Origin: Candidatus Tenderia sp.
GTDB lineage: Bacteria; Pseudomonadota; Gammaproteobacteria; Tenderiales; Tenderiaceae
Reading direction: 5' to 3'
DNA: 64,000 nt
NCBI GenBank assembly: GCA_031416075.1
Contig: JANOSY010000045.1
Span: forward strand, 1-64,000
Under the pieces are notes generated by a model. That model saw only the letters and a list, made by a program, of their open reading frames with translations, was not told the origin of the DNA and made no database searches. Shown here piece after piece: positions 52,278-62,491 of this stretch (positions within the stretch are counted from its first letter, which is position 1; each line of letters starts with the position of its first letter). The position numbers and the translations under genes are program-made.

Positions 52278-53515
52278 GCGTACACTTCACTCAGTTGCTG
52301 ACGTAGCACCTGCCGCCACGCAGAAAACGCGTAAGACTGGGTGAACCTCTGTTCAAACAAGCGCCGTGCGTTACCGCCCTGCAACACGGTGAGCTGTGGC
52401 TGATGATGAGTCATGGATCTGATCTCCCTTACAACAGCATCAACATCACCAATGGCAGCAGCAACACCACAATGGTTCTTGCGCAGGATCAATGCTATTT
52501 CACCTTCAGTGTCACCGATAAAGAGTGTTGGACGACCAGCCGCCGCAATGCCATAAAATTTGCTGGGCACGATCAGCCCTTCCAGTTCCGGCCTTAATGA
52601 GATCACATGCAGGTCCGGAACACTCAGACTGAGCGCCAATCGTTCGCGTGGCTGATAGGGCTTGAAGATGACATTCGCCAATCCACGACGCCTGACCATC
52701 TCTTCAACCAAAGGTCGTTGCGCACCAGCGCCGATAAAAACAAAGACGATACTGGCATCACTGTGAAGCATCTCGGCAGCATTGAGCAGGGTTTCAAACT
52801 CATGGGCGCGCCCCATGTTTCCAGAGTAGCCAACGACAAACTTTCCACTCATACTCCACTCATCACGTAGCGTATTTTCCTGTGTCGCCACTGGGTGGAT
52901 TGCCTCTGAGTCGGACCAGTTGTGGATGATTGTCACCGCCTGTGGGGCCACGCCCTGCTCCAGCAATCGTGCCGCCATGCGTTCACCCAGCACAACATTA
53001 TTGGCAGCTGCCCGCAATGAGACATTTCTCAGCCAGCGCAGCAACGGCGCACCTGCATGAATCGCCTTTACACCCAGCGCCTCCGCAACCTCCGGAAAGA
53101 GATCCTGCACCCAATTGATCAATGTGGCGCCGCGCAGCTTGGCTACTACCATTGCAACCACCGAGATCAGTGGTGGATCAGTCTTGGCGACGACCACATC
53201 ATCACGACGCAGCGTGCGCCACAAGCACCAGGCGGCGCTGAAATAGAAGGTGAGGTAATCCATGGCGCGGCCCAGCAGAGTGCTGCGGCCAAATCGCGTG
53301 GTCCAGACACGGTGGACATACACACCGTTGCAGACCTCCATGGCCGCTAGAATCGCATCCGGATCGTCATAACGTTGACGGCTCGTTACTACATGCACCT
53401 CAGCACCATCACGGACCAAATTAGATGCAAGCTCAAATGCAAGATCACTCAAGAGCTGGCTGGTGGCCGAATGGTCTGGATAGAAATAGCGATTCACAAA
53501 AACAGTCTTAGCCAT
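52274..53515 (-). CDS. Glycosyltransferase family 4 (WcaI-like)
   Basis: NRYFYPD, KTDPP, QDLFPE, YSGNMGRAH, VPSKFYG. Confidence 0.88.
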   Translation of the reverse strand: MAKTVFVNRYFYPDHSATSQLLSDLAFELASNLVRDGAEVHVVTSRQRYDDPDAILAAMEVCNGVYVHRVWTTRFGRSTLLGRAMDYLTFYFSAAWCLWRTLRRDDVVVAKTDPPLISVVAMVVAKLRGATLINWVQDLFPEVAEALGVKAIHAGAPLLRWLRNVSLRAAANNVVLGERMAARLLEQGVAPQAVTIIHNWSDSEAIHPVATQENTLRDEWSMSGKFVVGYSGNMGRAHEFETLLNAAEMLHSDASIVFVFIGAGAQRPLVEEMVRRRGLANVIFKPYQPRERLALSLSVPDLHVISLRPELEGLIVPSKFYGIAAAGRPTLFIGDTEGEIALILRKNHCGVAAAIGDVDAVVREIRSMTHHQPQLTVLQGGNARRLFEQRFTQSYAFSAWRQVLRQQLSEVYA

Positions 53516-54083
53516 GAACTACAGCCGCCTCTTCAAAATGGCGCTGACGCACCCGCTCAGCGGGATTGCCACGATAGATCCAATTCTCATCACTATCCTT
53601 CTGCAACACGCTGCCGACTGTCAGCACACTGTTACGGCGGACACGGACACCGGGGCAGACCACACTGGCAGCACCGATCCACGCGCCATCCTCAATGACA
53701 ATCTCTTTGACAATCAGCGCAAATGCCGGATCGTTGTAGTTGTGATTGCCTGTCAGCAGATAGGAATTTTGTGAGAGGCAGACGTTATTGCCGATGCGCA
53801 CCGACGCCAGATTGTCGATCCAGACCCCCTCACCAATCCAGACATGGTCACCGATCTCAAGATGCCAAGGATACTTGATGTTGACGCGCGGCTTGATCAC
53901 TACACCCTTACCAATCTTGGCGCCAAAGGCACGCAATACCACGCACTTGGTTCTCGACTCAGGCCAGAGCCATGAGTTGATAAAAATCGCATTGACGCAG
54001 TACCACAACAGACGCTTGGTAGCGCCCGCGCCGGGATGATAGTGACGGTTATCGTACTGTGCCAGGTTCACCGGCATGGTCAT
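53508..54083 (-). CDS. WcaF-family polysaccharide acetyltransferase
   Basis: LRAFGAKIG.GV.IKP.V.IKYPW.L.IGD..WIGE; hexapeptide repeats; GNPA. Confidence 0.88.
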   Translation of the reverse strand: MTMPVNLAQYDNRHYHPGAGATKRLLWYCVNAIFINSWLWPESRTKCVVLRAFGAKIGKGVVIKPRVNIKYPWHLEIGDHVWIGEGVWIDNLASVRIGNNVCLSQNSYLLTGNHNYNDPAFALIVKEIVIEDGAWIGAASVVCPGVRVRRNSVLTVGSVLQKDSDENWIYRGNPAERVRQRHFEEAAVVHG

Positions 54084-54975
54084 CTCCGATCTTGTTGACG
54101 TCGCGCCGCTGACGCTCATGCTCAAACAGCTTGGCATCCACCAGAAAGCGATACCAGAACCCCTGCAGGAAGTGGAAAATAAGCCCTTCCTTGCCATCGA
54201 GAAAACCAAGACGGATGAAGTAGCGGTAGAGAAAATAGCAGAGCGGCCTGACAAATAGCGGTACCCGCGCATAGACGTTATCCTTCATCCAGCGCCGAGA
54301 CTGCGCCTGCGAACCGCCCAGGGATGCCGTCAACCGTTCACCGGTGCCAGTTTCTGAACGCTTGGCAAGCACATCCAGCACTTCACGGCTGGCGTATTTA
54401 TTGTGTTTGTCGGTCCAGAAGGTCAGGTCTTTGTTGTTCTTATCGATCAGGTCGGCATTGATCCTGATAGCGCGACCACTGTTGAGAACGATATGCTCAT
54501 CCATCCACAGCGCCTCGCAACGGCCAACCCCATTACGAAACACACGTAATAGCCAGGTAGGATAGTAACCACCATGTTTGATCCAGCGTCCCATGAAATA
54601 GACACGGCGGCGAAGATAGATTCCAGAGACCACTGGAGGAGCCTCTTCAAGATAGCTCTGGAGTTCTGTCACGAGTTCAGGGGTCAGCTCTTCGTCAGCG
54701 TCCATGCGCATGATCCACTCTGTCTGGAAATCGAAATGATCCAGCCCCCAGTTGAATTGATCCGCATAGGTAGTCCACTTGCGGCTCGCGACCTGGACAC
54801 CATAGCGCTGACATATCTCCACCGTATTATCATCGCTGCAGGAATCGACTACATAGATATCTCGCGTCAACGGCAACAATGATTCCACACACTTGGCGAT
54901 GTTCCGCTCCTCGTTGTGGGTAAGAATCAGCACGGAAACCCTGTTCATTTTCACAACAACCTTTTTGAATTCCAT
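54049..54975 (-). CDS. Glycosyltransferase family 2
   Basis: ILTHNEE, VDS.S.D.T, DADE, GFLDG..G..FHFLQ.FWYR. Confidence 0.9.
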   Translation of the reverse strand: MEFKKVVVKMNRVSVLILTHNEERNIAKCVESLLPLTRDIYVVDSCSDDNTVEICQRYGVQVASRKWTTYADQFNWGLDHFDFQTEWIMRMDADEELTPELVTELQSYLEEAPPVVSGIYLRRRVYFMGRWIKHGGYYPTWLLRVFRNGVGRCEALWMDEHIVLNSGRAIRINADLIDKNNKDLTFWTDKHNKYASREVLDVLAKRSETGTGERLTASLGGSQAQSRRWMKDNVYARVPLFVRPLCYFLYRYFIRLGFLDGKEGLIFHFLQGFWYRFLVDAKLFEHERQRRDVNKIGDDHAGEPGTVR

Positions 54976-54994
54976 AACAACCATGCCACCCTGA

Positions 54995-55549
54995 TCAGCA
55001 GGGATTCCCCAACGGTGCGCCATACCTTGATGGTTGCTGCAACATCAATTCATGCTGCCTGATCCCTTCATCGTCGAAACGATAACGCAACACCCTGGCC
55101 GGAATACCGGTGACAATGGCGTAAGGCGGCACATCCCTGGTCACCACCGCACCTGCCCCTACAATCGCACCGTTACCGATAGTCACGCCACGCATGATGA
55201 TTGCGCCATGACCAATCAAAACATCGTGCCCTATATTCGTCACCACCGGCGCTGGTCTTCCCGAAAACCGGATAGGCACACCGGCAACATCGAAGCGATG
55301 ATCATTGCCAGTAACGACAACGTAAGATGAAAGACTGGTGTAGTTGCCGATTTTCACTTGTGGCGCAATCTCTACACAAGGACCAAGGTAGACGTAGTCG
55401 CCAGCCGCGAATCCAGGACCATGAATCACCACATCCCAGGCAACATGAAAGCCCTTGCCAACAGTGGCGCTACGGTAACGAGTTCGTAACAACAGCTGGA
55501 TGCGTATGGCCTTATAGAACTCGCGCAGATGATCAAGACCGGAATTCAT
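54995..55549 (-). CDS. CatB/LbH-type O-acetyltransferase
   Basis: IGHDVLIG.G..I..GVTIG.GAIVGAGAVVTRDVPPYAIV.G.PA...RYRF. Confidence 0.85.
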   Translation of the reverse strand: MNSGLDHLREFYKAIRIQLLLRTRYRSATVGKGFHVAWDVVIHGPGFAAGDYVYLGPCVEIAPQVKIGNYTSLSSYVVVTGNDHRFDVAGVPIRFSGRPAPVVTNIGHDVLIGHGAIIMRGVTIGNGAIVGAGAVVTRDVPPYAIVTGIPARVLRYRFDDEGIRQHELMLQQPSRYGAPLGNPC

Positions 55550-56712
55550 GGTCTGCCACGCGCCACTCTGGATGTTTCGCACACAGCCCGCACAAATGTC
55601 TCTACCTGACGGTGAGGATTATATTTTTCAAATATGACAGTTTTGCATGCGTCGGCCATGGCATTCCTGACAGAGACAGGAAATATTGCCTGCTCCATCT
55701 TTGCAGCCAAGTCTTCAACATCATCGTAACGGTAGAAAAATCCAGTCTTACCCTCAATCACCGCCTCCCACTCGGGGAAGTGGTGCTCAACACGATCATG
55801 GATTAATACCGGCGTGCCAAAGACCAGTGCGTGCATGATGGAGAGTCCAGCGCCTGACGGGATTACCGAAAGATCACTGGCGCCGACCACCAGCCCCAGG
55901 TAGCGTTCGTCATAACTCTCACCAAGGAAATGAACCAGATCGGCGATATTTAACCGGGCAGCGAGTTGTTCCAGATTGGAACGTTCACCGCCTTCACCCA
56001 CCAGCGCCACATGAACACGGCGGCCACGCTGCGCCAGCCGCGCCACCGCCTCCAGCAGCAGATCGAGACGTTTAACCGGCTGCAAGCGCCCGGTGAATAC
56101 CACCAGCCCCTCGCCCTGCGCAACCCCCAGTGAACTACGGAAAACGTTGATCTGATCATCACTCTGCTCCGCTGCAATCTCTCTCTGCGTATCAAAGTCC
56201 AGCGAGTTATAAACCACATAGAGCGAGTTCACATCAAACCCCTTACGCTGCAACAGATCGCGGGCATGTTCACCATAGAGCAGCTGTCCGGCGGCGAGGC
56301 GATACAAAGAGCGCCTTATCCACCACTTTGGCCCCTTCTCGTCACTCAACAAACCTTGCCCCCATAGCAACACTGGAATCCGCAACACTTTTCCAGTGAT
56401 CAGCAAGGCCCATGCAGTGAGTGAATAGGGTGAGCCAAGCGCTATTATTGCGTCAGGGCGCTCCCTCAGCATCATCTTCAATGCCTGTGGCTGCCAATAG
56501 AGTTCAGGAAGATATGGCAGGCGAATAATATAGGTCTGCGCATAGACGGCGCGGATGGCTCGGCCTTCATCGCCGCGCAACGTCTTAAGATAGGGTGTAT
56601 CCGGCTCTGGATCGGCCACCACCTTGAAATGGACATCATCGCGCTTGGATAACAACTCAAAAATGCGCGCTCGATAGTGAGGGATGCAGTTGTATTGAAT
56701 AATCGTGTTCAT
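55546..56712 (-). CDS. Glycosyltransferase family 4
   Basis: PHYR, V.YNSLD, GRLQPVKRLD, AGLSIMHA..FG.P, PE.EA. Confidence 0.85.
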   Translation of the reverse strand: MNTIIQYNCIPHYRARIFELLSKRDDVHFKVVADPEPDTPYLKTLRGDEGRAIRAVYAQTYIIRLPYLPELYWQPQALKMMLRERPDAIIALGSPYSLTAWALLITGKVLRIPVLLWGQGLLSDEKGPKWWIRRSLYRLAAGQLLYGEHARDLLQRKGFDVNSLYVVYNSLDFDTQREIAAEQSDDQINVFRSSLGVAQGEGLVVFTGRLQPVKRLDLLLEAVARLAQRGRRVHVALVGEGGERSNLEQLAARLNIADLVHFLGESYDERYLGLVVGASDLSVIPSGAGLSIMHALVFGTPVLIHDRVEHHFPEWEAVIEGKTGFFYRYDDVEDLAAKMEQAIFPVSVRNAMADACKTVIFEKYNPHRQVETFVRAVCETSRVARGRP

Positions 56713-56904
56713 TGTTTTGGCTGAACCGTATCGACGGCAGTCAGTTCCCTCGTCAACTAAAGAAACGCCCATGACCATCAACATCGCCACCCGCGACAGT
56801 CACAGACATAAACTCGATATTCTCTAACAAAGGGGTTACGGTTTTGTGACCATGCGGTTGTTAATCAACGGCTGAACTCGTTGAATAATGCAATCACCTG
56901 CCCT

Positions 56905-57819
56905 TTACTGGCGCGCCTGATTTTGTCTCTTCAAAAAGCTCTTGGTAACCTTCCACCATGGCGCCTCGTTGTTCCATTTCGCAGGTTTTCCATCACCCCA
57001 GCCGCCCCAGATGACGATTCCATCGGCATAACGCCGCACCGTTTCCAGCTCCATTCGCCAATAGTCATCACCAATATAGCGCCCGCCGAGCAGCAGGTTG
57101 GAGTCATGAAATTGCGGCCATAAAAAGACGTATACGGGTTTGCCATAAGATTTAGCCGCCTTGATTTGTGAAATGGCCATGCGGCGCCAACCTTCCTGGT
57201 CGGTATAGAACGTATACAATGACGGGAACAGCACATCGACCTCCGCCGCGAGCGGCGCAATAGCCTCGTTTTCGGATTGCCACTGCTTGAAGGAGGAACT
57301 CGCCGGATCATTTATCGCGCGCCAATAATCCACTACTGGTAATACTCCATAGTAGCCCAAGCGGTAATTTTTTCCGGTGGCGCGAAAGCGTCGTATCACC
57401 TCAGTATATTTCTCAAGGTTGCGCGCTACTTCATCTCCATCACCGTTGAGAGGCCAATGCTCTATATCAATGCATATGACCGTGGCATCGGCAGCGATTT
57501 GCGCCACGGCAGCCCGGATTGTTGCGTCATCAGGCACTCTGTGAAGATCTTTGGCACCCTTCCATAGCTCTGCCTGATAGATCACAGGCAGCGGTCGCAG
57601 GCCATAAGAAGATAGGTCTGGTTTGCCGCTAAATAGAGTCGCGTCGAACACTGGTATCCCACCTGATACGGGCGACGGGCTCAAATAGCCACCGCCACTC
57701 TTTTCCATGCCAGCACCAACTGCCGACATGGCGAACGCCGCCTGTAAGAACACACACATAGCCAGCCAGAAAGCAAGGCGGCCATTATTTATGTTGGATT
57801 TTATTGAATACTGAATCAT
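56905..57819 (-). CDS. Exported glycoside-hydrolase-like protein (hyaluronidase/GH56-like motifs), paralog 2
   Basis: Signal region; CIDIEHWP, LGYYG, LFPSLY, FLWPQF, ADGIVIWGG. Confidence 0.55.
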   Translation of the reverse strand: MIQYSIKSNINNGRLAFWLAMCVFLQAAFAMSAVGAGMEKSGGGYLSPSPVSGGIPVFDATLFSGKPDLSSYGLRPLPVIYQAELWKGAKDLHRVPDDATIRAAVAQIAADATVICIDIEHWPLNGDGDEVARNLEKYTEVIRRFRATGKNYRLGYYGVLPVVDYWRAINDPASSSFKQWQSENEAIAPLAAEVDVLFPSLYTFYTDQEGWRRMAISQIKAAKSYGKPVYVFLWPQFHDSNLLLGGRYIGDDYWRMELETVRRYADGIVIWGGWGDGKPAKWNNEAPWWKVTKSFLKRQNQARQ

Positions 57820-57830
57820 GGCTTATGTAG

Positions 57831-59114
57831 TTAACTCTTATCATCACTGATATCATAGCTGGCCCCAACGTCATGCGCCAGCCTGATATCTGGAAGAACA
57901 GCCCTCGTCTCACCCTTCACGCCATGCTGTATCTCAACATGCCGGGTTCCCGCCGCAACGCGCGGAAAAAGAATGGCCATAAGAAACAGCAAGGAAGTTG
58001 GATTTCCAAAATTAAGCAGATATCGTTCGAATAGCGCCAGCACCATATATCCCATGGCCAGCCCGAGTAGCACGGCCTGCACCCGCAGCCACTGTTCATC
58101 ACCCTGCCTACGCAGTAAATTCACTATCCCGGCAACAATCAAGGCCATGACACAGACAAACCCCATGAATCCTATTTCTGCGAGAGTGGCAAGATAACCG
58201 TTGTGAGCCGAGGTGTTGGTTTTGAGCAGCCCCTCATGGGCGCGTAGTCCGACTCCTGTCAACGGGTGGTCCAAGGCGAGATCCCAGACCTCCTCCCAAG
58301 TTTGCACCCGCCCTGCCGCGCCCGACTGAATCCCTCTGTGTTTATCATTGATCGCGAAGTATTGATCAACATGCTTGGCTGCCTCCGGCACCGCCAACAC
58401 CAGTGCCGAGACCGTGCCTGCCAGAATGACTGACGCCAGCACCATTTGTACTGCCCCTTTCCTGCCTTGCAGCAAAACAAATACTATCGTGAACGCCATG
58501 AGCACCGCGACCGCAGATGAACGCGATCCGGTCAGATAAATAATTACAGCGCCGGGGGCAATCAGCGCATAGCGCATCGGGCGATTGGAAAATATACATG
58601 CAGCCACCACCACGGACATCGTGACCAACGAAATTGCATTCGGATTGAGAGGCCCCTTTAGTTGACCGAGACGTGCCCCTGGCACATAGCTGTACCACGC
58701 CAGACCGATCAGCAGCGGCAGCATGGCAAGAACGTAGATACGCAGACCTTTCGCATATGCGTCAGCATCCAGGCGCGCGGAAAAATTGACCGCGATGTAG
58801 ATTCCGGCAAGATTCAAAACCCAGTAACCCAGCGACGTATAGATAGCTGGACTCACAAATACCGATATGCCGCTGAACACGACAATCCCGCCAATCATCG
58901 TAATGCGCAAGGGGGTGTTCCTGTTGACAACCCTTGTCTGCCCCAAAAGCAGAAAGTAGATAAGCGGCCATGAGAGCGCCAATCCAAGCGCAATGAGCGG
59001 GGCAAGCGACGGCGACTCTTCACGGCTGATCAGACTTGCGGCAAACAACCCCGCCAGCCAGCACCCAAAAATCGTGGCGATACCTCTTGGCGCCCTTGTC
59101 ACGACCTCATTCAC
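57831..59114 (-). CDS. O-antigen ligase/Wzy-family polymerase
   Basis: Multi-TM; NPN, LTGSRSS, GR...W, HPLTGVG, AHNGYL..LAE.G. Confidence 0.85.
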   Translation of the reverse strand: MNEVVTRAPRGIATIFGCWLAGLFAASLISREESPSLAPLIALGLALSWPLIYFLLLGQTRVVNRNTPLRITMIGGIVVFSGISVFVSPAIYTSLGYWVLNLAGIYIAVNFSARLDADAYAKGLRIYVLAMLPLLIGLAWYSYVPGARLGQLKGPLNPNAISLVTMSVVVAACIFSNRPMRYALIAPGAVIIYLTGSRSSAVAVLMAFTIVFVLLQGRKGAVQMVLASVILAGTVSALVLAVPEAAKHVDQYFAINDKHRGIQSGAAGRVQTWEEVWDLALDHPLTGVGLRAHEGLLKTNTSAHNGYLATLAEIGFMGFVCVMALIVAGIVNLLRRQGDEQWLRVQAVLLGLAMGYMVLALFERYLLNFGNPTSLLFLMAILFPRVAAGTRHVEIQHGVKGETRAVLPDIRLAHDVGASYDISDDKS

Positions 59115-60456
59115 GGCGCAGCTTCCATACCAATACGGAAATCATCAATAACGTGGCAACAGCCGATGCAACCACAATGGATGCCGCGAGTCCAACAACC
59201 CCGTAAACCGGAGCCACTAGCCATGCCAACGCCAGCAACACAACCACGCTTACAAGATTTCCGATCACCGGCGTTACATAATCGGCAATCGAATAAAACC
59301 CGTACATTACAAGACGTGTAATGGCAATGAATGGAAGGCTTGCGCACAACACCGCCAGTATCTCGCCAGTTTTCTCCGCCGCCTGGACTGAAAACGCCCC
59401 GCCGACAAAGACGAGAGCGATCAGTTCCTGGGAAAACAGTGCGAGAAGCGTTGCCACAACGGTAGAAAACACCAGCAACAGTGCCGCATATTTCAGCAGC
59501 AATCGCGCGCCAGCCGCGCGGTCCGTGGAAAGGATTTCGGCCAGTTTCGGATATACAACGGTGAGCAACGGCATCACAACCAGCGCCAATGGCACCAGCA
59601 TGAACGAGGAGGCGTAGTAAAAAGCGGATATGGTGCCTGTTTCGAAATGTGACGCGATACTGCGCTGCGCCAATCCATAAACCTGAAATAACAGCTCGCC
59701 CGCCAGAACAATGATCACCGCCACCCAGAATGGCCGGAGAATCTGGGGACTCATCCCTCGCCAGGAGAGGCGCAACACACCCTTTTTCACCAACAAAAAG
59801 GCATACCACGCCAACAGCACGGCATTTCCGGTGATGATCCCTATTACAAGCGCATATATCCCTACCGAGCGGGAGAAGAGCACCATCGACAGGATACTGG
59901 ATAGTGAGATAACCGCTCCGCCGATGATCCCAGGCATGAATATCCGCTGGGTGTTAAGAACGCCGCGCAGCAAACCGGCGACGCTCGAAAACAGTATTCC
60001 GATGACAAGCCCCTGCATGATTCTCATGGCGGTTCCAGAGTGGGATTCGCTCAAATCAGGAAACAGCAGCCTGAAGCCATCATCAAAAAAGGCGATCACG
60101 ATTGCAACCGCAACGGTCATCATAAGCGCCACTTGAGCTATAACCAAGGCTACTAACTTCCGGCGGTCATCAATATCGGGGATGCGTTCCCATTTGCTGA
60201 TGACCGTCATTTCCAGTGTATTGCCGACCTGCAACCCCAGAAACATGTAAATTCCGAATACAGCAATGAAAACGTCCAGCTCCTGGCTGACACCAAATTG
60301 ACGTGCCACAAAGATTTCGCGCAGGAATCCGAATACCAGAACTATCCCGCTAAGAAACGAAAGCCACGAGAGAGATCTGAGTCGCCTTAACAGCGTGCTA
60401 AAGCCTGGGTTCTTTATCACGTCAACCGCACTCAATTGAGGATTCGATGAGATCAC
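59107..60456 (-). CDS. MurJ/MviN-like lipid-linked oligosaccharide flippase
   Basis: GFLRE...A..FG....D.F, G.IS...YA, many TM segments. Confidence 0.8.
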   Translation of the reverse strand: MISSNPQLSAVDVIKNPGFSTLLRRLRSLSWLSFLSGIVLVFGFLREIFVARQFGVSQELDVFIAVFGIYMFLGLQVGNTLEMTVISKWERIPDIDDRRKLVALVIAQVALMMTVAVAIVIAFFDDGFRLLFPDLSESHSGTAMRIMQGLVIGILFSSVAGLLRGVLNTQRIFMPGIIGGAVISLSSILSMVLFSRSVGIYALVIGIITGNAVLLAWYAFLLVKKGVLRLSWRGMSPQILRPFWVAVIIVLAGELLFQVYGLAQRSIASHFETGTISAFYYASSFMLVPLALVVMPLLTVVYPKLAEILSTDRAAGARLLLKYAALLLVFSTVVATLLALFSQELIALVFVGGAFSVQAAEKTGEILAVLCASLPFIAITRLVMYGFYSIADYVTPVIGNLVSVVVLLALAWLVAPVYGVVGLAASIVVASAVATLLMISVLVWKLRRE

Positions 60457-60484
60457 ATTTCTGTCTCACACCAATATTCATTAC

Positions 60485-62413
60485 TCATGATTCACTCATC
60501 TGTCGGCACCAGTTCTCAAGGACCAGCGTCTTGCCGGCAACCAGTGCCGGCAACCCCATGGGATTGGGATTTAGCCGCTGGCGCTCACGCCTTGCGGCTT
60601 CAGGAGTTATAACGCCATGCTGCACCAGATAGCCGTCCAGCAGCTGATCTCCGTAAGCATCCGAAAGCGCCTTGTTCCAGGGACGCCACGGTGGAGAGAA
60701 GCCGCGCTTGCGCCTTGCCATGACAAAATCGGGAACGATGCCTTGCACCGCCTCCCTCAGCCATTTTTTAGGATGCGCGCTGGCCATGCCAGGGTGCACC
60801 TTGCTCAATCCAACGACCGTTTCCACAAACCTGTAATCCACAAAAGGCAGGCGCAACTCCACTGACGCGGCCATGCTCAGGCGGTCACCTTGAGCAATCC
60901 CGTTTTCCATGAGATAGGTTTCACAAATCAGGCGCATCAACATCACTTCCGGCAACGAATCCGGATCTGAACTGACAAACCCGGAGGTGAGATCATCCTC
61001 CAGCATTTGCTCCGAGAAACGGCGTGTATACAACCCGCGATGAACCTTTTGTTCGGCATCGCGGAAGCCATGCTCGCTCTCATAAAACACTGCGCGCCCG
61101 GCGGCGGAGGTCAGATCCGATTCATATTGTTGCCATCCAGTGCGTAAGCCGCCCAGCGTTCCCAGCCATTGCAGACCAAGGGTGTATGAGAAAGGCGGTG
61201 GAGTGGGTTTCAGGTAATCGAACATCCCTATCTTCCCGCCATTACGTAAAACCCACTTGCGCCGGGTGGCAGCCAACGCCTCCCGCACCCAGCGATAGCC
61301 CCAGAAGAGTTCATCACCCCCCTGCCCCATTAGCATTACCGGAACACCCTGCTCACGGGCGGCCTGCATTACAGCGTAGTACCCAACACCGGCGATATCG
61401 GCGATGGGATCATCACGGAAATAGTTGACCTTCTGGAATTGCGTCACCAGATCAGCAGTCGACAACTCGATTTCATGAAATGGCATATTCAGGTGTTTGG
61501 CGAGTTCACGTGCCTGACTGCGCTCATCCTGCAATGGCGACCCTGCATAACCCACCGTGAATGCCTGCATCGTGCCTGGATATTTTCTAGCCGCCAACGT
61601 AGCGACGATGCTGGAATCGAGGCCGCCGCTGAGCGCCACTCCGATGGGCACATCCGAACGGATGATAAGGTCGCTGATGCGATCAAGCTCCTCCCTGATC
61701 GCGGTGACCGGATCAGTTTCGATGGGTGGAGCATCTTCGATACGCCAGTAAGGACGCTCATGAAATTGCCAGCTATCCAGATCAATGCTGAGAAGGTGGG
61801 CAGCAGGCAGCTTCCGCACGCCACGCAATGCGGTTCTAGGCTCGGGAATGTAGCCGTAATGGTAATAGAGATTTACAGAATGCGGATCGAGTTCAAAAGG
61901 CACGACGCCAACACGCACCAGCGCCTTAAGCTCAGAGGCGAATACTAGCTGTCCATCGCTACTTGCGATGTAGAGAGGTTTTTCCCCCATTCGATCCCGT
62001 GCAATCAGTAAACGACGTCTCTTGGTATCCCACAGCGCGAAGGCGTACATCCCGCGCAGGTGGACCACGCATTGATCGCCATACTCCTCGTAGAGATGCA
62101 GGATGGTCTCGCAGTCGCTACCCGTAGCGAACCTGTGCCCCGATGCCTCAAGGCGCTGGCGCAACTCGATGAAATTGTATATCTCGCCATTCGCTACCAG
62201 AACCAGACTACGATCTTCGTTATAAAGAGGCTGCCATCCGGTCGTCAAATCAATGATGCTGAGCCGCCGCATTGCCAGGGCAACATGGTGATCATGATAA
62301 TGCCCTTCGCCGTCCGGACCCCGGTGATATAACAACCCATTTAACCGTCCCAGCATCTCGATATGCCCAGACTGAAGTGCATCTCTTGTGATAATTCCAG
62401 CAATTCCGCACAT
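60485..62413 (-). CDS. asnB: Asparagine synthase (glutamine-hydrolysing)-like amidotransferase of the EPS locus
   Basis: MCGIAG, HRGPD, RRLSIID, NGEIYN, SGGLDSS, GQGGDELF, SVELRLPF. Confidence 0.9.
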   Translation of the reverse strand: MCGIAGIITRDALQSGHIEMLGRLNGLLYHRGPDGEGHYHDHHVALAMRRLSIIDLTTGWQPLYNEDRSLVLVANGEIYNFIELRQRLEASGHRFATGSDCETILHLYEEYGDQCVVHLRGMYAFALWDTKRRRLLIARDRMGEKPLYIASSDGQLVFASELKALVRVGVVPFELDPHSVNLYYHYGYIPEPRTALRGVRKLPAAHLLSIDLDSWQFHERPYWRIEDAPPIETDPVTAIREELDRISDLIIRSDVPIGVALSGGLDSSIVATLAARKYPGTMQAFTVGYAGSPLQDERSQARELAKHLNMPFHEIELSTADLVTQFQKVNYFRDDPIADIAGVGYYAVMQAAREQGVPVMLMGQGGDELFWGYRWVREALAATRRKWVLRNGGKIGMFDYLKPTPPPFSYTLGLQWLGTLGGLRTGWQQYESDLTSAAGRAVFYESEHGFRDAEQKVHRGLYTRRFSEQMLEDDLTSGFVSSDPDSLPEVMLMRLICETYLMENGIAQGDRLSMAASVELRLPFVDYRFVETVVGLSKVHPGMASAHPKKWLREAVQGIVPDFVMARRKRGFSPPWRPWNKALSDAYGDQLLDGYLVQHGVITPEAARRERQRLNPNPMGLPALVAGKTLVLENWCRQMSES

Positions 62414-62491
62414 TGTATTTAAAACCGCCTAGTAATGCTGCTATCAACCGCAATGGTGCTTGAAGAAACAAACGCCATCTTGACGTAAATT

